Source: Patescibacteria group bacterium | GTDB lineage: Bacteria > Patescibacteriota > Patescibacteriia > UBA9570 > JAHJKD01 | Assembly (NCBI GenBank): GCA_043798935.1 | Contig: JAZDOC010000006.1 | Span: forward strand, 24,996-88,995 | Reading direction: 5' to 3' | DNA length: 64,000 nucleotides | Shown: positions 18,030 to 28,203 of the stretch, in pieces | Layout: the number at the start of each line of letters is the position of its first letter | How positions within the stretch are numbered: position 1 is the first letter of the stretch | The notes under the pieces: generated by a model | Database searches by the model: none | What the model was told of the DNA's origin: nothing | Seen by the model: the letters and a program-made list of their open reading frames with translations, nothing else | Translations under genes and position numbers: made by a program

Positions 18030-19178
18030 ATGATTCAACCTCATGGAAATGTTTTAATAAACAGAGTGTTAAAACCTGAAGATGCTTTAAAAGCCAAAAT
18101 TAAGGCTGATGGTTTAAAGAAGATTAAAATAGACGAAGAGTTAGTAAAAGAAGTTAAAAATATTGCGCGCGGTGTTTTTTCTCCGCTCGATGGTTTTATG
18201 AATAAAGCTGATTTTGAAAGCGTAGTAGAAAATATGCACTTGGCAAATGGCGTGGTTTGGCCTTTACCGTTTGTTTTAGATATTAACGATCAAGATGCAG
18301 AAAGTATTGCTGTAGGAGATCAAATTGCTTTAATAGATGATAATAACGAACCGATTGCCTTAATGAACGTGGAAGATAAATATAATTTTGACAAAGATAA
18401 TTTTGCTGTCAAAGTTTTTAAAACTAATGAATTAGCCCATCCGGGTGCTAAAATGGTGAGCGAAATGTATGATATATTAATTGGCGGTGAAATTGAATTA
18501 ATAGATAATTCTAAAGAGCCGTTTAATAGTTTCAATTTGGATCCGCTAGAAACCAGAACATTATTTAAAGAGCGCGGATGGAATACTGTCGTAGGTTTTC
18601 AAACCAGAAATGCTCCTCATTTAGCTCATGAATATATTCAGAGGTGTGCGCTCGAAATTTGCGATGGTTTATTTGTTAATCCGGTAATCGGCAAGAAAAA
18701 ATCCGGTGATTTTCAAGACCAGGTAATTTTAGATTCATATCAGGCGTTAATTAATAATTTTTTTCCTAAACAGAGAGTAGTAATGAGTATTTTACCGCTT
18801 AAAATGCGCTATGCCGGTCCGCGGGAAGCAATTTTTCACGCTATCGTACGCAAGAACTTTGGTTGTACTCATTTTATCGTGGGGCGCGATCACGCCGGCG
18901 TTGGTAAATATTACGGCACTTATGAAGCGCAAGAAATTTTCGATACAATCGAAGATTTAGGCATGACGATTTTAAAATTTGAACATTCATTCTATTGTAA
19001 AAAATGCCGGGCATTGGGAACCGCTAAAAATTGTCCGCATACCGACGAAGATCGTATTGGACCTTCAGGAACAATTATCAGAGAAATGATATCTAAAGGC
19101 GAACTGGTGCCAGAAGAAATTATGCGCCCGGAAATTTCTAAGGTTTTAATTGATGCCGATAAGACTTTTGTTGATTAA
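18030..19178 (+). CDS. sat: Sulfate adenylyltransferase (ATP sulfurylase, Sat type)
   Basis: GVFSPLDGFM, FQTRNAPHLAHE, MRYAGPREA, VGRDHAG, Zn site YCKKC..CPH. Confidence 0.95.
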   Translation: MIQPHGNVLINRVLKPEDALKAKIKADGLKKIKIDEELVKEVKNIARGVFSPLDGFMNKADFESVVENMHLANGVVWPLPFVLDINDQDAESIAVGDQIALIDDNNEPIALMNVEDKYNFDKDNFAVKVFKTNELAHPGAKMVSEMYDILIGGEIELIDNSKEPFNSFNLDPLETRTLFKERGWNTVVGFQTRNAPHLAHEYIQRCALEICDGLFVNPVIGKKKSGDFQDQVILDSYQALINNFFPKQRVVMSILPLKMRYAGPREAIFHAIVRKNFGCTHFIVGRDHAGVGKYYGTYEAQEIFDTIEDLGMTILKFEHSFYCKKCRALGTAKNCPHTDEDRIGPSGTIIREMISKGELVPEEIMRPEISKVLIDADKTFVD

Positions 19179-19187
19179 AAATAAAGC

Positions 19188-20183
19188 ATGAATGAATTAG
19201 AGCAATTAAAAAATAATCGAAAAGGATTGATTATCCATCATTGGGATACGGACGGCTTGTGTTCGGCGGCTTTGCTCAAACGTTTTTTTATTGCATTAAA
19301 TTCTAAGATAGCGCTTGATATAATGCCACCGACCATTAATAATTATTTTTTAACGGCTAGAGAATTCACAGAAATTAAACGCGCAAAATATGACTTCATT
19401 ATTACTTGCGATATAAATTTTCCGCCTAAAGTGGTTTTAGAACTCGAGGCCATTAAACCAAAAAAAGTATTTGTTTTTGATCATCATAAGCAAGATCCGA
19501 TTAAAGAAGTGCATTATTATAATCGGCGTTATCCTAGTAACACTTTAGTATTGGCTGAATATCTGGAATTAGATATGGATTTATTAATCAGCTTAGGTGC
19601 TATCGGCGATAAAGAGGAAAAAATAAAACAAGATAAACAATATTGGCCGTTAATAAATAAAGTATTAAATAATAATAATATAAATTTTGAGCAAGTATTA
19701 CAGATTAGAGATTTAGTTGACGCCAGTTACGTTATTAATGATGCAGATTTAATGCGGAAAGTCATTGATGTATTAGCCATTAATCCGTTATTAATCACTA
19801 AAAATGATGAATTGAAAAATTCATTAAATTTAATTCATAGTGAAATTCAAAGTAAAACAGAGCGAACACCAGATGAAATTATTAATGGGGATGTATTATT
19901 ATTTAATATTGAATCTAATTATAATATTTTATCTCAAGCTACCAGAGTTTTAGCTAGAAAATATCTGAATAAAATAATATTAACTTATTCAAAAAAAGGC
20001 GAGCAGACTAATATATACATTCGTCGTCAAGATTTAGATTTAAATTTATCACCACTTATAACTTGGGCCAGATCGCAGAAATTCAATTCCGGCGGAAAAG
20101 AAGAAGTTGTTGGAATAATAATTAATCAGGATTTTTCTAATATTAAATCTGATTTAGTCAATAAAATAAGAGAATTACTATGA
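19188..20183 (+). CDS. DHH family phosphoesterase (candidate PAP phosphatase)
   Basis: HHWDTDG, TCD, FDHH and C-terminal SGG motifs; position inside sat-cysC operon. Confidence 0.75.
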   Translation: MNELEQLKNNRKGLIIHHWDTDGLCSAALLKRFFIALNSKIALDIMPPTINNYFLTAREFTEIKRAKYDFIITCDINFPPKVVLELEAIKPKKVFVFDHHKQDPIKEVHYYNRRYPSNTLVLAEYLELDMDLLISLGAIGDKEEKIKQDKQYWPLINKVLNNNNINFEQVLQIRDLVDASYVINDADLMRKVIDVLAINPLLITKNDELKNSLNLIHSEIQSKTERTPDEIINGDVLLFNIESNYNILSQATRVLARKYLNKIILTYSKKGEQTNIYIRRQDLDLNLSPLITWARSQKFNSGGKEEVVGIIINQDFSNIKSDLVNKIRELL

Positions 20184-21565
20184 GCCAAAAAAAATTATTT
20201 GTTTTGGGGCTTGATTGTGCCACGCCGCAATTTTTATTTGACGAGTATTTAGATGATTTGCCGACATTTAAAAAATTATTTTCTCAAGGAGCCTATGGTA
20301 AATTGCGAAGCACTATTCCGGCTATTACGGTTCCGGCTTGGATGAGCATGATGACAAGCCAAACCCCGGGAGATTTAGGAATCTATGGATTTCGTGGGCG
20401 GCGGGCCGGCTCGGGGTATAACGACATGTTTATTGCCAGTGCTGAGCATGTTCAATATAAAAAAGTTTGGGATTATCTAAACATGGCTGGATTAAAAACC
20501 GGCATGCTAAGCGTGCCGTTAACCTATCCGCCGCAGACCGTGGATGGATTTATGGTAAGCGGTTTTATGACGCCATCGCTGGAAAGTGAATTTACTTATC
20601 CCAAAGAATTAAAACAAGAAATTGCCGATGTGGTAGGCGAATATATTTTTGATTTTGCAAATCGTTCAACCGAAGCTCCGGAAAAGATTTTGGAAAAAAT
20701 TTATGAGATGACCGATAAACGACATAAATTAATCAAGTATTTTATCAAAAACAAGCAGTGGGATTTTTTAATGATGGTAGAAATGGGCGTGGATCGGATT
20801 CATCATTACATGTGGAGCTATGTGGATCCAAAGCATCCTAAATTTCAGGGAGAAAATAATAAATTTAAAAACAGCATTAAAGAATATTATCAGCATATTG
20901 ACCGGCAGCTAAGTGAAATTTTAGATTTATTACCGAAAGAGTGTAGTGTTATGATAGTGTCTGATCACGGCGCTAAGGCCATGGATGGTATGTTTTTAAT
21001 TAATGAATGGCTAATTAAAGAAGGGTATTTAGTATTAAAAAATTATCCAACTAGCGTCACTCGGCTGGAAAAATGTGATATCGACTGGTCTAAAACCAAA
21101 GCTTGGGCTTGGGGCGGTTTTTATTCCCGCATTTTTATTAATGTTAAAAGACGCGATCCGGAAGGTATCGTGGAAGATTTTGAAACAGAGCGAGATTCAT
21201 TAGCCCGAAAATTAAAAGCCATAACCGATGATCACGGTAATAAATTAATAAACATTGTCGCACCGGCTAATGAATTATACAATGATCCCCAAGGCGATGT
21301 ACCGGATTTATTGGGATTTTTTGGAGATTTATCTTGGCGACCAGGCGGTACCGTCGGGCATAATAAAATTTATATTCATGAAAACGATACTGGCCCTGAT
21401 GATGGTGTGCACGATTGGAACGGAATATATGCTTTTTGGCAGCCCGAGAAAACCGGAAGCGGGTTATTGCCGGAGTCGAGTATTTTAGATATTGCGCCAA
21501 CTATTCTAAATTATTTTGGAGTGGATATCCCAAAAGATTTTAAGGGAAAAATAATTAATTACTAA
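20180..21565 (+). CDS. Alkaline phosphatase superfamily protein (type I phosphodiesterase/nucleotide pyrophosphatase-like)
   Basis: LGLDCAT, LRSTIPAITVPAW, DRIHH, VSDHG, DGVHDWNG, SILDIAPTIL. Confidence 0.85.
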   Translation: MSQKKLFVLGLDCATPQFLFDEYLDDLPTFKKLFSQGAYGKLRSTIPAITVPAWMSMMTSQTPGDLGIYGFRGRRAGSGYNDMFIASAEHVQYKKVWDYLNMAGLKTGMLSVPLTYPPQTVDGFMVSGFMTPSLESEFTYPKELKQEIADVVGEYIFDFANRSTEAPEKILEKIYEMTDKRHKLIKYFIKNKQWDFLMMVEMGVDRIHHYMWSYVDPKHPKFQGENNKFKNSIKEYYQHIDRQLSEILDLLPKECSVMIVSDHGAKAMDGMFLINEWLIKEGYLVLKNYPTSVTRLEKCDIDWSKTKAWAWGGFYSRIFINVKRRDPEGIVEDFETERDSLARKLKAITDDHGNKLINIVAPANELYNDPQGDVPDLLGFFGDLSWRPGGTVGHNKIYIHENDTGPDDGVHDWNGIYAFWQPEKTGSGLLPESSILDIAPTILNYFGVDIPKDFKGKIINY

Positions 21566-21571
21566 AAAAAT

Positions 21572-22177
21572 ATGACCGAACAAAAAGCAACAAACATCAC
21601 TTGGCATGATGGCGAAATTAATAAAAAAGAGCGTGAGCAGTTATTAAAACAAAAAGGAGTAATTTTGTGGTTTACGGGTCTTTCCGGATCTGGAAAGTCT
21701 ACTGTAGCTGTAGCTTTAGAAAAGAAGCTGTTTGAAATGGGTCACATTAATTACCGTTTAGACGGCGATAATATTCGCCATGGCCTCAATAAAGATTTAG
21801 GCTTTTCACCAGAAGATAGAGTAGAAAATATTCGTCGTATTGGTGAAGTATCAAAATTATTTGCCGATGCTGGCGATATTGTTTCGACATCATTTATTTC
21901 GCCGTATCTTAAAGATCGTGAGATTGTGCGTGATTTAGTTCCAGCCGGAGAGTTTATAGAAGTTTATGTAAAATGTTCGCTGGCTGAATGCGAAAAGCGC
22001 GATCCTAAAGGATTATACAAAAAAGCCCGCGCCGGAGAATTAAAGCAGTTTACAGGCATAGACGCGCCTTATGAAGAGCCAATTAACCCTGAAATGGTGG
22101 TAGAAACCGACAAACAGGCTGTAGAGCAAGTGGTGGATAAAATATTAGCTTATTTAAAAGAAAAAGGCATAATTTAA
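21572..22177 (+). CDS. cysC: Adenylyl-sulfate (APS) kinase
   Basis: [53 protein letters not shown]. Confidence 0.96.
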   Translation: MTEQKATNITWHDGEINKKEREQLLKQKGVILWFTGLSGSGKSTVAVALEKKLFEMGHINYRLDGDNIRHGLNKDLGFSPEDRVENIRRIGEVSKLFADAGDIVSTSFISPYLKDREIVRDLVPAGEFIEVYVKCSLAECEKRDPKGLYKKARAGELKQFTGIDAPYEEPINPEMVVETDKQAVEQVVDKILAYLKEKGII

Positions 22178-22224
22178 GCTTTAATCAGAAAAATATACAG
22201 ATTTATTGCTTTATTATTTTAGGC

Positions 22225-22253
22225 TTGCCAAATAACGAAAACTAGGGCATAAT
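22225..22253 (+). promoter_or_regulatory. Sigma70-type promoter (apparently leaderless)
   Basis: TTGCCA (22225-22230), 17 nt, CATAAT (22248-22253), 6 nt, ATG 22260. Confidence 0.55.
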
Positions 22254-22259
22254 AATGGC

Positions 22260-24017
22260 ATGTTAAAATCGTTACAACGTTTCTGGATAATTACAATTGT
22301 TATCTGTCTAATTTTAGGCGCATTTTTTTCATATATTTATTTTCAGGATCATGCTTGGGGTACCTGGGGAGACGATAGCGCCGGATACATTTATTTGTGG
22401 GGCAAAATGGATCAAAATAAAGATTTAGTTTATCAAGAGCCTTTAACCGTAGCGGCGCTTAAATTTTTTGGTAATGAAAAATTAGCACGCTGGACCACGC
22501 CGACTCATCATGAAATCATCTCGCCGTCGGGGTATGTCGCATCCAAATATCCGATAGGCCTTTCACAAATAATGCTATTGTTTTCTCGGCTCTTTCAAGA
22601 CGATAAGGCTATTTATTATGTCTTGCCATTACTAGCAACAATAAATTTAATTCTTGTATATTTAATATCACTAATATTTTTTAAAGACATTAAATACAAA
22701 CACTTTTTTAGTTTGTTGCCGGCCTTTATGCTGGGCCTGGCTAGCTTGTATTATAATTATGCTATTTCTCAGCCCATGCGGGAAATTCCGTCTATGTTTT
22801 TCTTATTGGCTGGTTATTTATTTTTATTGCTGGCAGTTGAATATTATGGTTCACAAAATCAAAAGAAAGATAAAATATTTTTTTATACTTTAATAATATT
22901 AGCATCATTATTTGCCGGCTATAGCTTAAACGTTAGAGAAACCAGTATCATGATTTTGCCGGCTTTTTTAATAATGTTGTTTAGTATATCTAATAGAAAT
23001 GCTGAGCCCCAAGAAAAAAATAAAAACATTAAGTTTAAAATTAAATTAGCATTATTAGCTTTATTAATGTTAATTATCGCTTATATACCGTCTTTTATTA
23101 ATTCGGCTGATATTACCCAATTTAAAGAAAAATTCAGAGCTAAAGATATCACGTCTATTGCCATTACTTCAAATTTTGATCATATCAGTTCATTTAGCTT
23201 GCAAAATGTTTTTAATAACCAGGGAAAATTCAGGCCCGGGCGCGGTGCTTTACCGCATTATTGGGGCGTAATGAATGATAATTTAGCTGTCTGGCCATGT
23301 TTTATTGTTCTAGCAATAATAGGACTATATTCTATTTATAAAAAAAATAAATGGCTATCGGCCAGTTTACTACTATGGATTCTGGGTGTATTAATAATTT
23401 TTTCTTTATGGATAAACCCTTATTCCAGATATATTTTGCCACTGTTTCCAATATTAGCCATTTGCGGAAGTTATGGATTGTATGCAGTGTGTTTTAAAAT
23501 TGTACCACATTTTTTCAAGAATAAACGCCTACAGTTTTTAGTTTGTTTAATAATATTATTATCTTTAATTATTTCATATCTACCGGCAATAATCGATATT
23601 AAAACTAATTTTAATGAAAATGAAGACGGCGAAGAAAAGTTGGTGTTTAAAGCAATCTCTGAAAATGATTTATTTAGTTTAAAGGGTTTAGGAGAAAAAA
23701 TTTATACTGATAATAAAACTGATAAACCGCCATTAGTGGTTTTTAGCGGTACTTGGCAATACGGAATTTCTGAAACTTTTGAAGCCCATACTGGAATTCA
23801 AGGTATCCACATGCCACTTGAAGACAAGAAAAATGTTTTCGATAAAGAACAGGTAAAAGATTTTTTTACCCAAGAAGTGTTTCCAAATTATAATGTATAT
23901 TTTTGGATAGACGCGACCAGTAAATCAAACAGCGTTGATTTTATTAATTATTTTAAAGTACAACCTAAATATTCTTATTCATTAACATTTGCTAACCCCA
24001 CTATTTATGGAAATTAA
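22260..24017 (+). CDS. Multi-TM GT-C fold glycosyltransferase (ArnT/PMT-like)
   Basis: Acidic first loop WGDDSAGY, KYPIG, PMREIPS, RYILPLFP; about 12 TM helices then a soluble domain. Confidence 0.7.
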   Translation: MLKSLQRFWIITIVICLILGAFFSYIYFQDHAWGTWGDDSAGYIYLWGKMDQNKDLVYQEPLTVAALKFFGNEKLARWTTPTHHEIISPSGYVASKYPIGLSQIMLLFSRLFQDDKAIYYVLPLLATINLILVYLISLIFFKDIKYKHFFSLLPAFMLGLASLYYNYAISQPMREIPSMFFLLAGYLFLLLAVEYYGSQNQKKDKIFFYTLIILASLFAGYSLNVRETSIMILPAFLIMLFSISNRNAEPQEKNKNIKFKIKLALLALLMLIIAYIPSFINSADITQFKEKFRAKDITSIAITSNFDHISSFSLQNVFNNQGKFRPGRGALPHYWGVMNDNLAVWPCFIVLAIIGLYSIYKKNKWLSASLLLWILGVLIIFSLWINPYSRYILPLFPILAICGSYGLYAVCFKIVPHFFKNKRLQFLVCLIILLSLIISYLPAIIDIKTNFNENEDGEEKLVFKAISENDLFSLKGLGEKIYTDNKTDKPPLVVFSGTWQYGISETFEAHTGIQGIHMPLEDKKNVFDKEQVKDFFTQEVFPNYNVYFWIDATSKSNSVDFINYFKVQPKYSYSLTFANPTIYGN

Positions 24018-24678
24018 TAAAATCAGCGATATTAAAAAATATCAAAAAGCGCACGATAGTATTTTTTCCAAACTAATTACCCGTAAAATTTCAGTTATTT
24101 TTAGCTTTTATTTAATTAAGCGTTGGAAGCAGGTAACACCTAATAAAGTTTCGCTAATTTCTTTTATTACAGCCGTGGTAGCTATCGGATTATTTCTGGC
24201 TGATAATTATTTTGTTCGATTACTCGGCGTAGTTTTTTTACAAATTTCTTTTGCCTTAGATTGCTCTGATGGAGAAATTGCTAGAATTAAAGAAATGAGT
24301 TCTAAATTCGGCGCTTGGATGGATAGTGTTTTAGACAGGTTTAAAGAAGTAATGATGTTTGGAGCATTAACTTTTATTGTTTATAATTATGCCTGGGATA
24401 CGTCTGCTTTATTAATCGGATCTTTGGCAATAATTTTATGGCTATTAGTGGGATTTTTAAGAGAAGCAAAAAAGTCTTCCTGGCCGGAAAAGCGCACAGC
24501 GGAATTATATATTACTGATAACATATATATCGGTACCGTAGATACTACTATTTATTTTGTATGCTTTGCCATAATAATCCACATGGAATTGATGGCGTTA
24601 TGGGTTTTTGCAATTTTGGGATTAATACTACTAGTGAAACAAATTATTAGTGCTTGGCAGCTGGAGAAAAAGATTTAA
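24007..24678 (+). CDS. CDP-alcohol phosphotransferase family protein
   Basis: TPNKVS and signature DCSDGEIAR-x8-GAWMDSVLD. Start ATG 24007. Confidence 0.9.
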   Translation: MEINKISDIKKYQKAHDSIFSKLITRKISVIFSFYLIKRWKQVTPNKVSLISFITAVVAIGLFLADNYFVRLLGVVFLQISFALDCSDGEIARIKEMSSKFGAWMDSVLDRFKEVMMFGALTFIVYNYAWDTSALLIGSLAIILWLLVGFLREAKKSSWPEKRTAELYITDNIYIGTVDTTIYFVCFAIIIHMELMALWVFAILGLILLVKQIISAWQLEKKI

Positions 24679-25930
24679 AATATTTTGTCTGCATAAACAG
24701 CAGAATTATAAAGAGAATAGATAAAGCGATAGTTGAAACTCTGGTTAATATAAAATTACTATTCGGAATGAAATTGTAAAATTCTGTCGAAATGAAAATA
24801 ACAACACTAATAATACTTAAATAAACTTTTTTTTCTTTTAAAAAATAATAGATTAACCATATTAGAATTGGTACGGTCCAAAATAAATATTGAGCATGAA
24901 CACTTTTATTGAACAATAGAAAAAAAGTCATCATCAGAGCATAATCATTTAAATATTGTTGCCCAGAAAGAGTAACTCTTTTTTTATACATTAAGTATAA
25001 AATTGTTGTAAAGAAAAAAATTGTTGATAAAAGAAATAAATCATCAAAAGTTGATATTAAAGTTTGATTGGGCAATGATAAAAAGGGCAAATAATTTTTT
25101 TTAATTGCGACTCGAACAAGGCTATATAAAGAAACTCCTGATGTTAGATCGTTTATGCCATTAACAAAATATTCCCAAAAAACATTTTTCCAGAAATAAT
25201 AAATGCCATTTATTTTAAAATACGGAACAGTCGCGATCACTAATAATATTGATGAAAAAACATAAGATGTCAGGGCACGCCATTGTTTTTTAATAATAAA
25301 ATATGGAACGAAAATAACCGGAAATATTTTTAAGGCTGTTGCTATAGCCAAGATACTGCCAGCCATAATCGGTTTTTTTTTATAAAGAGCAATAAAAGTG
25401 GTGATTAATAAAAATAATATCACCCCATTAATTTGGCCGGTTCCCATTAAGCTGTTAATTGGTGCGGCAAAACATAATAGAAGCAATGAAATGGAAAAAA
25501 GCGGATGGAATAATTTTTTTCGATCAATTAAAAAATAGATACCGGCATAATAAGTAATAATAAATAGCAGTGAATTAAACTAGAGCCAATAGTGAACTAA
25601 TATTTTAAATTTAAAATGCGAAAAAAATAAAAAGAAAAGCGCTGCTTGCGGTGGATATAAAAATTTTGTTCCGCCGCTATCGAATACTTTTCTAACTTCC
25701 GGTCTAAAAAACGGACGATTATAGATGTCGACGGCGGTTAAAGGAGTTAATATACCGGTTAATACTTTTGATGATGTATAATAAACGCACATATCGCTCC
25801 GACCATAGCCTTTGTTATTAAGATAAACACCGTTGTAATAAAGAAAAAAAATAATCGCTATTATAAACAGAACAATACAAAATATCTTATAAAATTTTAA
25901 TAAATTATATTTGTTAAAATTTAATGTCAT
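24647..25930 (-). pseudogene. GT87-like GT-C glycosyltransferase interrupted by one in-frame TAG (25582-25580)
   Basis: The two track ORFs share a frame. Reading through gives SDMCVYY..FLYPPQAALFF..VHYWL*FNSLLFIITYYAGIYFLIDRKKLFHPLFSISLLLLCFAAPINSLMGTGQIN..ATALKIFP. Confidence 0.8.
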
Positions 25931-27518
25931 TGATAAGATTATTAATCGCTTGTTTTTCAGTTTCAAATATTATTTCTTTTTGTTCCTTAAAAATTTCGGT
26001 TATTACTTTGCCGTCCATGTCGCGCGGGATAGGAATATTTAATAAATGTAATATAGTAGGTGCAAGGTCGGTAATATTATTGTCTTCTAACTCTGTATTT
26101 GATTTAATATTTGGTCCTAGAGCCAAGAAAATACCGTCCATATCATGGTGGTATTTATTACTGTCCTGATTATCATTAAAAATTTTACCTGAATAGAAAT
26201 TACCGTCTAGCCAGTAATTTTTTAAATCGAAAAATAAATCAGGCGCATCTATGGGGGCATTTTTTCCGTAAACATCTTCTTTGGTTAATATTTTTTCGAT
26301 AACTTTTTCTCCTGAAGCATCAGTAAGTTTTTCTAACTTTTGTTTAATTTCGGTTCTGATTTTTAAATATTCTTTTTCGGTTTTAATTATACCGTCGTGA
26401 TATTTTTTTTGATAATTTAGATATACATTAGTAATATGACCGCCTTTTGGGATACAAGCATAAGTTTTGCTGTAGTCAACTCCAATGTTAACTTTTAAAT
26501 TGATCGGTAGATATTTTTTAATGAATTTTTTATACAGCCAAAAACTAAATTTTTCTAACCAGGGAAAGTACGATAAAATTTTAAAAGCGCTTTTTCCTAA
26601 ATTAATTGCCTTGTATTTTGATTGTGTTTTAGTTGCTTCACGTCCGCGACGAGTGACACGGGTTTTAAATTGTTCTGAACCAATTTTAGAAGTGAGATAT
26701 CCTTCTTTTTCTAACCATTTATTGATATAGAAAATTTTGTGAAAAGAAGTGAATCCATGATCGCTCATCATAAGTAAAGTTGTATCAGGAGGCAAGTTTT
26801 CTAAAAACCATCCTAAATAACCATCGATTATTTTATATATTTCTAATGATTTTGGATCGCGATCATTAACAACTTCATCAAAACGAGCGTGCTGAAGCCA
26901 ATCGGTAGCGGAAAAAAGATAAAAGAAAAAATCCCATTTTTTTGTAGTAAATATTTTTTTAACAGCTGCTAAATGATCGTGTTCCATTTGACCGATTTCT
27001 TCAATGTATGCTTCTTGTCTTTCTTTCATGCGCAAAGATTCATTAGGAGTGAGTTTGTATTTTTTTAGTTCTGGAAATTCTTCAATTAATGAATTTGGCC
27101 AAATCCATTGGTCGCCTTGTGTAAGCAAAGAAGTAATAACAATGTGTTTATCTTTTAATCGTGGTGGCCAGGAATTAGGCAGGTTAATTGTAATGGGTTC
27201 TAATCCTTGTTCGGAAATAATTTCGTAAACTGTTTTGCCTTTTATATCACGGGAAGATGTGATACGAAAATCAGTTAGACTGCCATTAGATAATAAAAAA
27301 TCATAAACACCATGCTTGCCGGGTGTTTTACCGGTAGCGAAAGTAGTCCAGGCAGTACCGGTCATGGGTGGAATCGTGGATTTTAAAATTCCATGACTGC
27401 TTAATTCTAATATTTTTTTAAAATTAGGCATTACGCCTTCTTCAGCCAGCGGTTTTAAAATTTTATATGTTCCGCCATCGAGGCCGATTACAACAACTTT
27501 ATTGTTTGCTTGTGTCAT
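25914..27518 (-). CDS. Alkaline phosphatase superfamily protein (phosphodiesterase-like)
   Basis: IGLDGGT, LKSTIPPMTGTAW, GKTPGKHG, DWLQH, MSDHG, HDMDGIF, DLAPTIL. Confidence 0.85.
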   Translation of the reverse strand: MTQANNKVVVIGLDGGTYKILKPLAEEGVMPNFKKILELSSHGILKSTIPPMTGTAWTTFATGKTPGKHGVYDFLLSNGSLTDFRITSSRDIKGKTVYEIISEQGLEPITINLPNSWPPRLKDKHIVITSLLTQGDQWIWPNSLIEEFPELKKYKLTPNESLRMKERQEAYIEEIGQMEHDHLAAVKKIFTTKKWDFFFYLFSATDWLQHARFDEVVNDRDPKSLEIYKIIDGYLGWFLENLPPDTTLLMMSDHGFTSFHKIFYINKWLEKEGYLTSKIGSEQFKTRVTRRGREATKTQSKYKAINLGKSAFKILSYFPWLEKFSFWLYKKFIKKYLPINLKVNIGVDYSKTYACIPKGGHITNVYLNYQKKYHDGIIKTEKEYLKIRTEIKQKLEKLTDASGEKVIEKILTKEDVYGKNAPIDAPDLFFDLKNYWLDGNFYSGKIFNDNQDSNKYHHDMDGIFLALGPNIKSNTELEDNNITDLAPTILHLLNIPIPRDMDGKVITEIFKEQKEIIFETEKQAINNLINDIKF

Positions 27519-28203
27519 ATTGCTTGAATTGTTTATAATTTAGATAAATAGAAAAACAAGTATAAATAAATTGAATGATTGCATACATTACTAGTAATAA
27601 AGAAACTTGGTTAAGCAGTGCAAATATAATTATTAAACCATAACGATCCGCTTCTTTAAATAGCAGAGTGTGTTTAAGCGATCGAATGAATTGGCAAGGA
27701 ATTTTTTTAATAATAACTTTTTCAGATATTTGAGCTTTATATTTTAATTCGAAAGATTCGCGCCAATAACGCGACATGTTTCTTAAATATTGGAAACTCA
27801 GTGCAAAAAAAGCGAAGACATAAACTAAGCATTCGTGATTAATTTGATAGGCACCCCAGGCTAATCCAAAAAGAATAAGTACATCTTTAATTTTATCAGT
27901 ATAATGATCATACCATTCTCCTAATTTAGATTGTTTGCTAATCAAGCGCGCTAGTTGCCCATCTACACAATCAAATATTAAAGTTATTAGTAATAATAAA
28001 GAACCCACAATCAATTGATTATTAGCAAATAGCCAGGCAGTAATAATACCGGAAATAAATGAGATAGTTGTGAAAAAGTTAGGTGATAACCATTTTATTT
28101 TAGTAGCCATTTTGGCAATCAAAAAAGATATTTGACCAGCAAAATAATATGTTAGCAAACTATCTTCTTTCTTTATGACGTCGCGCGGGTTGTTATAGCT
28201 CAT
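27499..28203 (-). CDS. CDP-alcohol phosphotransferase family protein
   Basis: SPNFFT and signature DCVDGQLAR-x8-GEWYDHYTD. Confidence 0.9.
   Translation of the reverse strand: MSYNNPRDVIKKEDSLLTYYFAGQISFLIAKMATKIKWLSPNFFTTISFISGIITAWLFANNQLIVGSLLLLITLIFDCVDGQLARLISKQSKLGEWYDHYTDKIKDVLILFGLAWGAYQINHECLVYVFAFFALSFQYLRNMSRYWRESFELKYKAQISEKVIIKKIPCQFIRSLKHTLLFKEADRYGLIIIFALLNQVSLLLVMYAIIQFIYTCFSIYLNYKQFKQYDTSKQ

Noticed and set aside
18030-22177. Assimilatory or dissimilatory sulfate reduction
   Set aside because: No cysH, cysIJ, aprAB or dsr in the window; a sulfotransferase and glycan context favour PAPS as a donor.
25580-25582. Genome-wide stop-codon reassignment
   Set aside because: TAG ends intact-looking genes (96-98, 9338-9340, 11233-11235) and TGA ends genes in ATGA overlaps (13003, 20183, 36426). 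Only one gene is interrupted.
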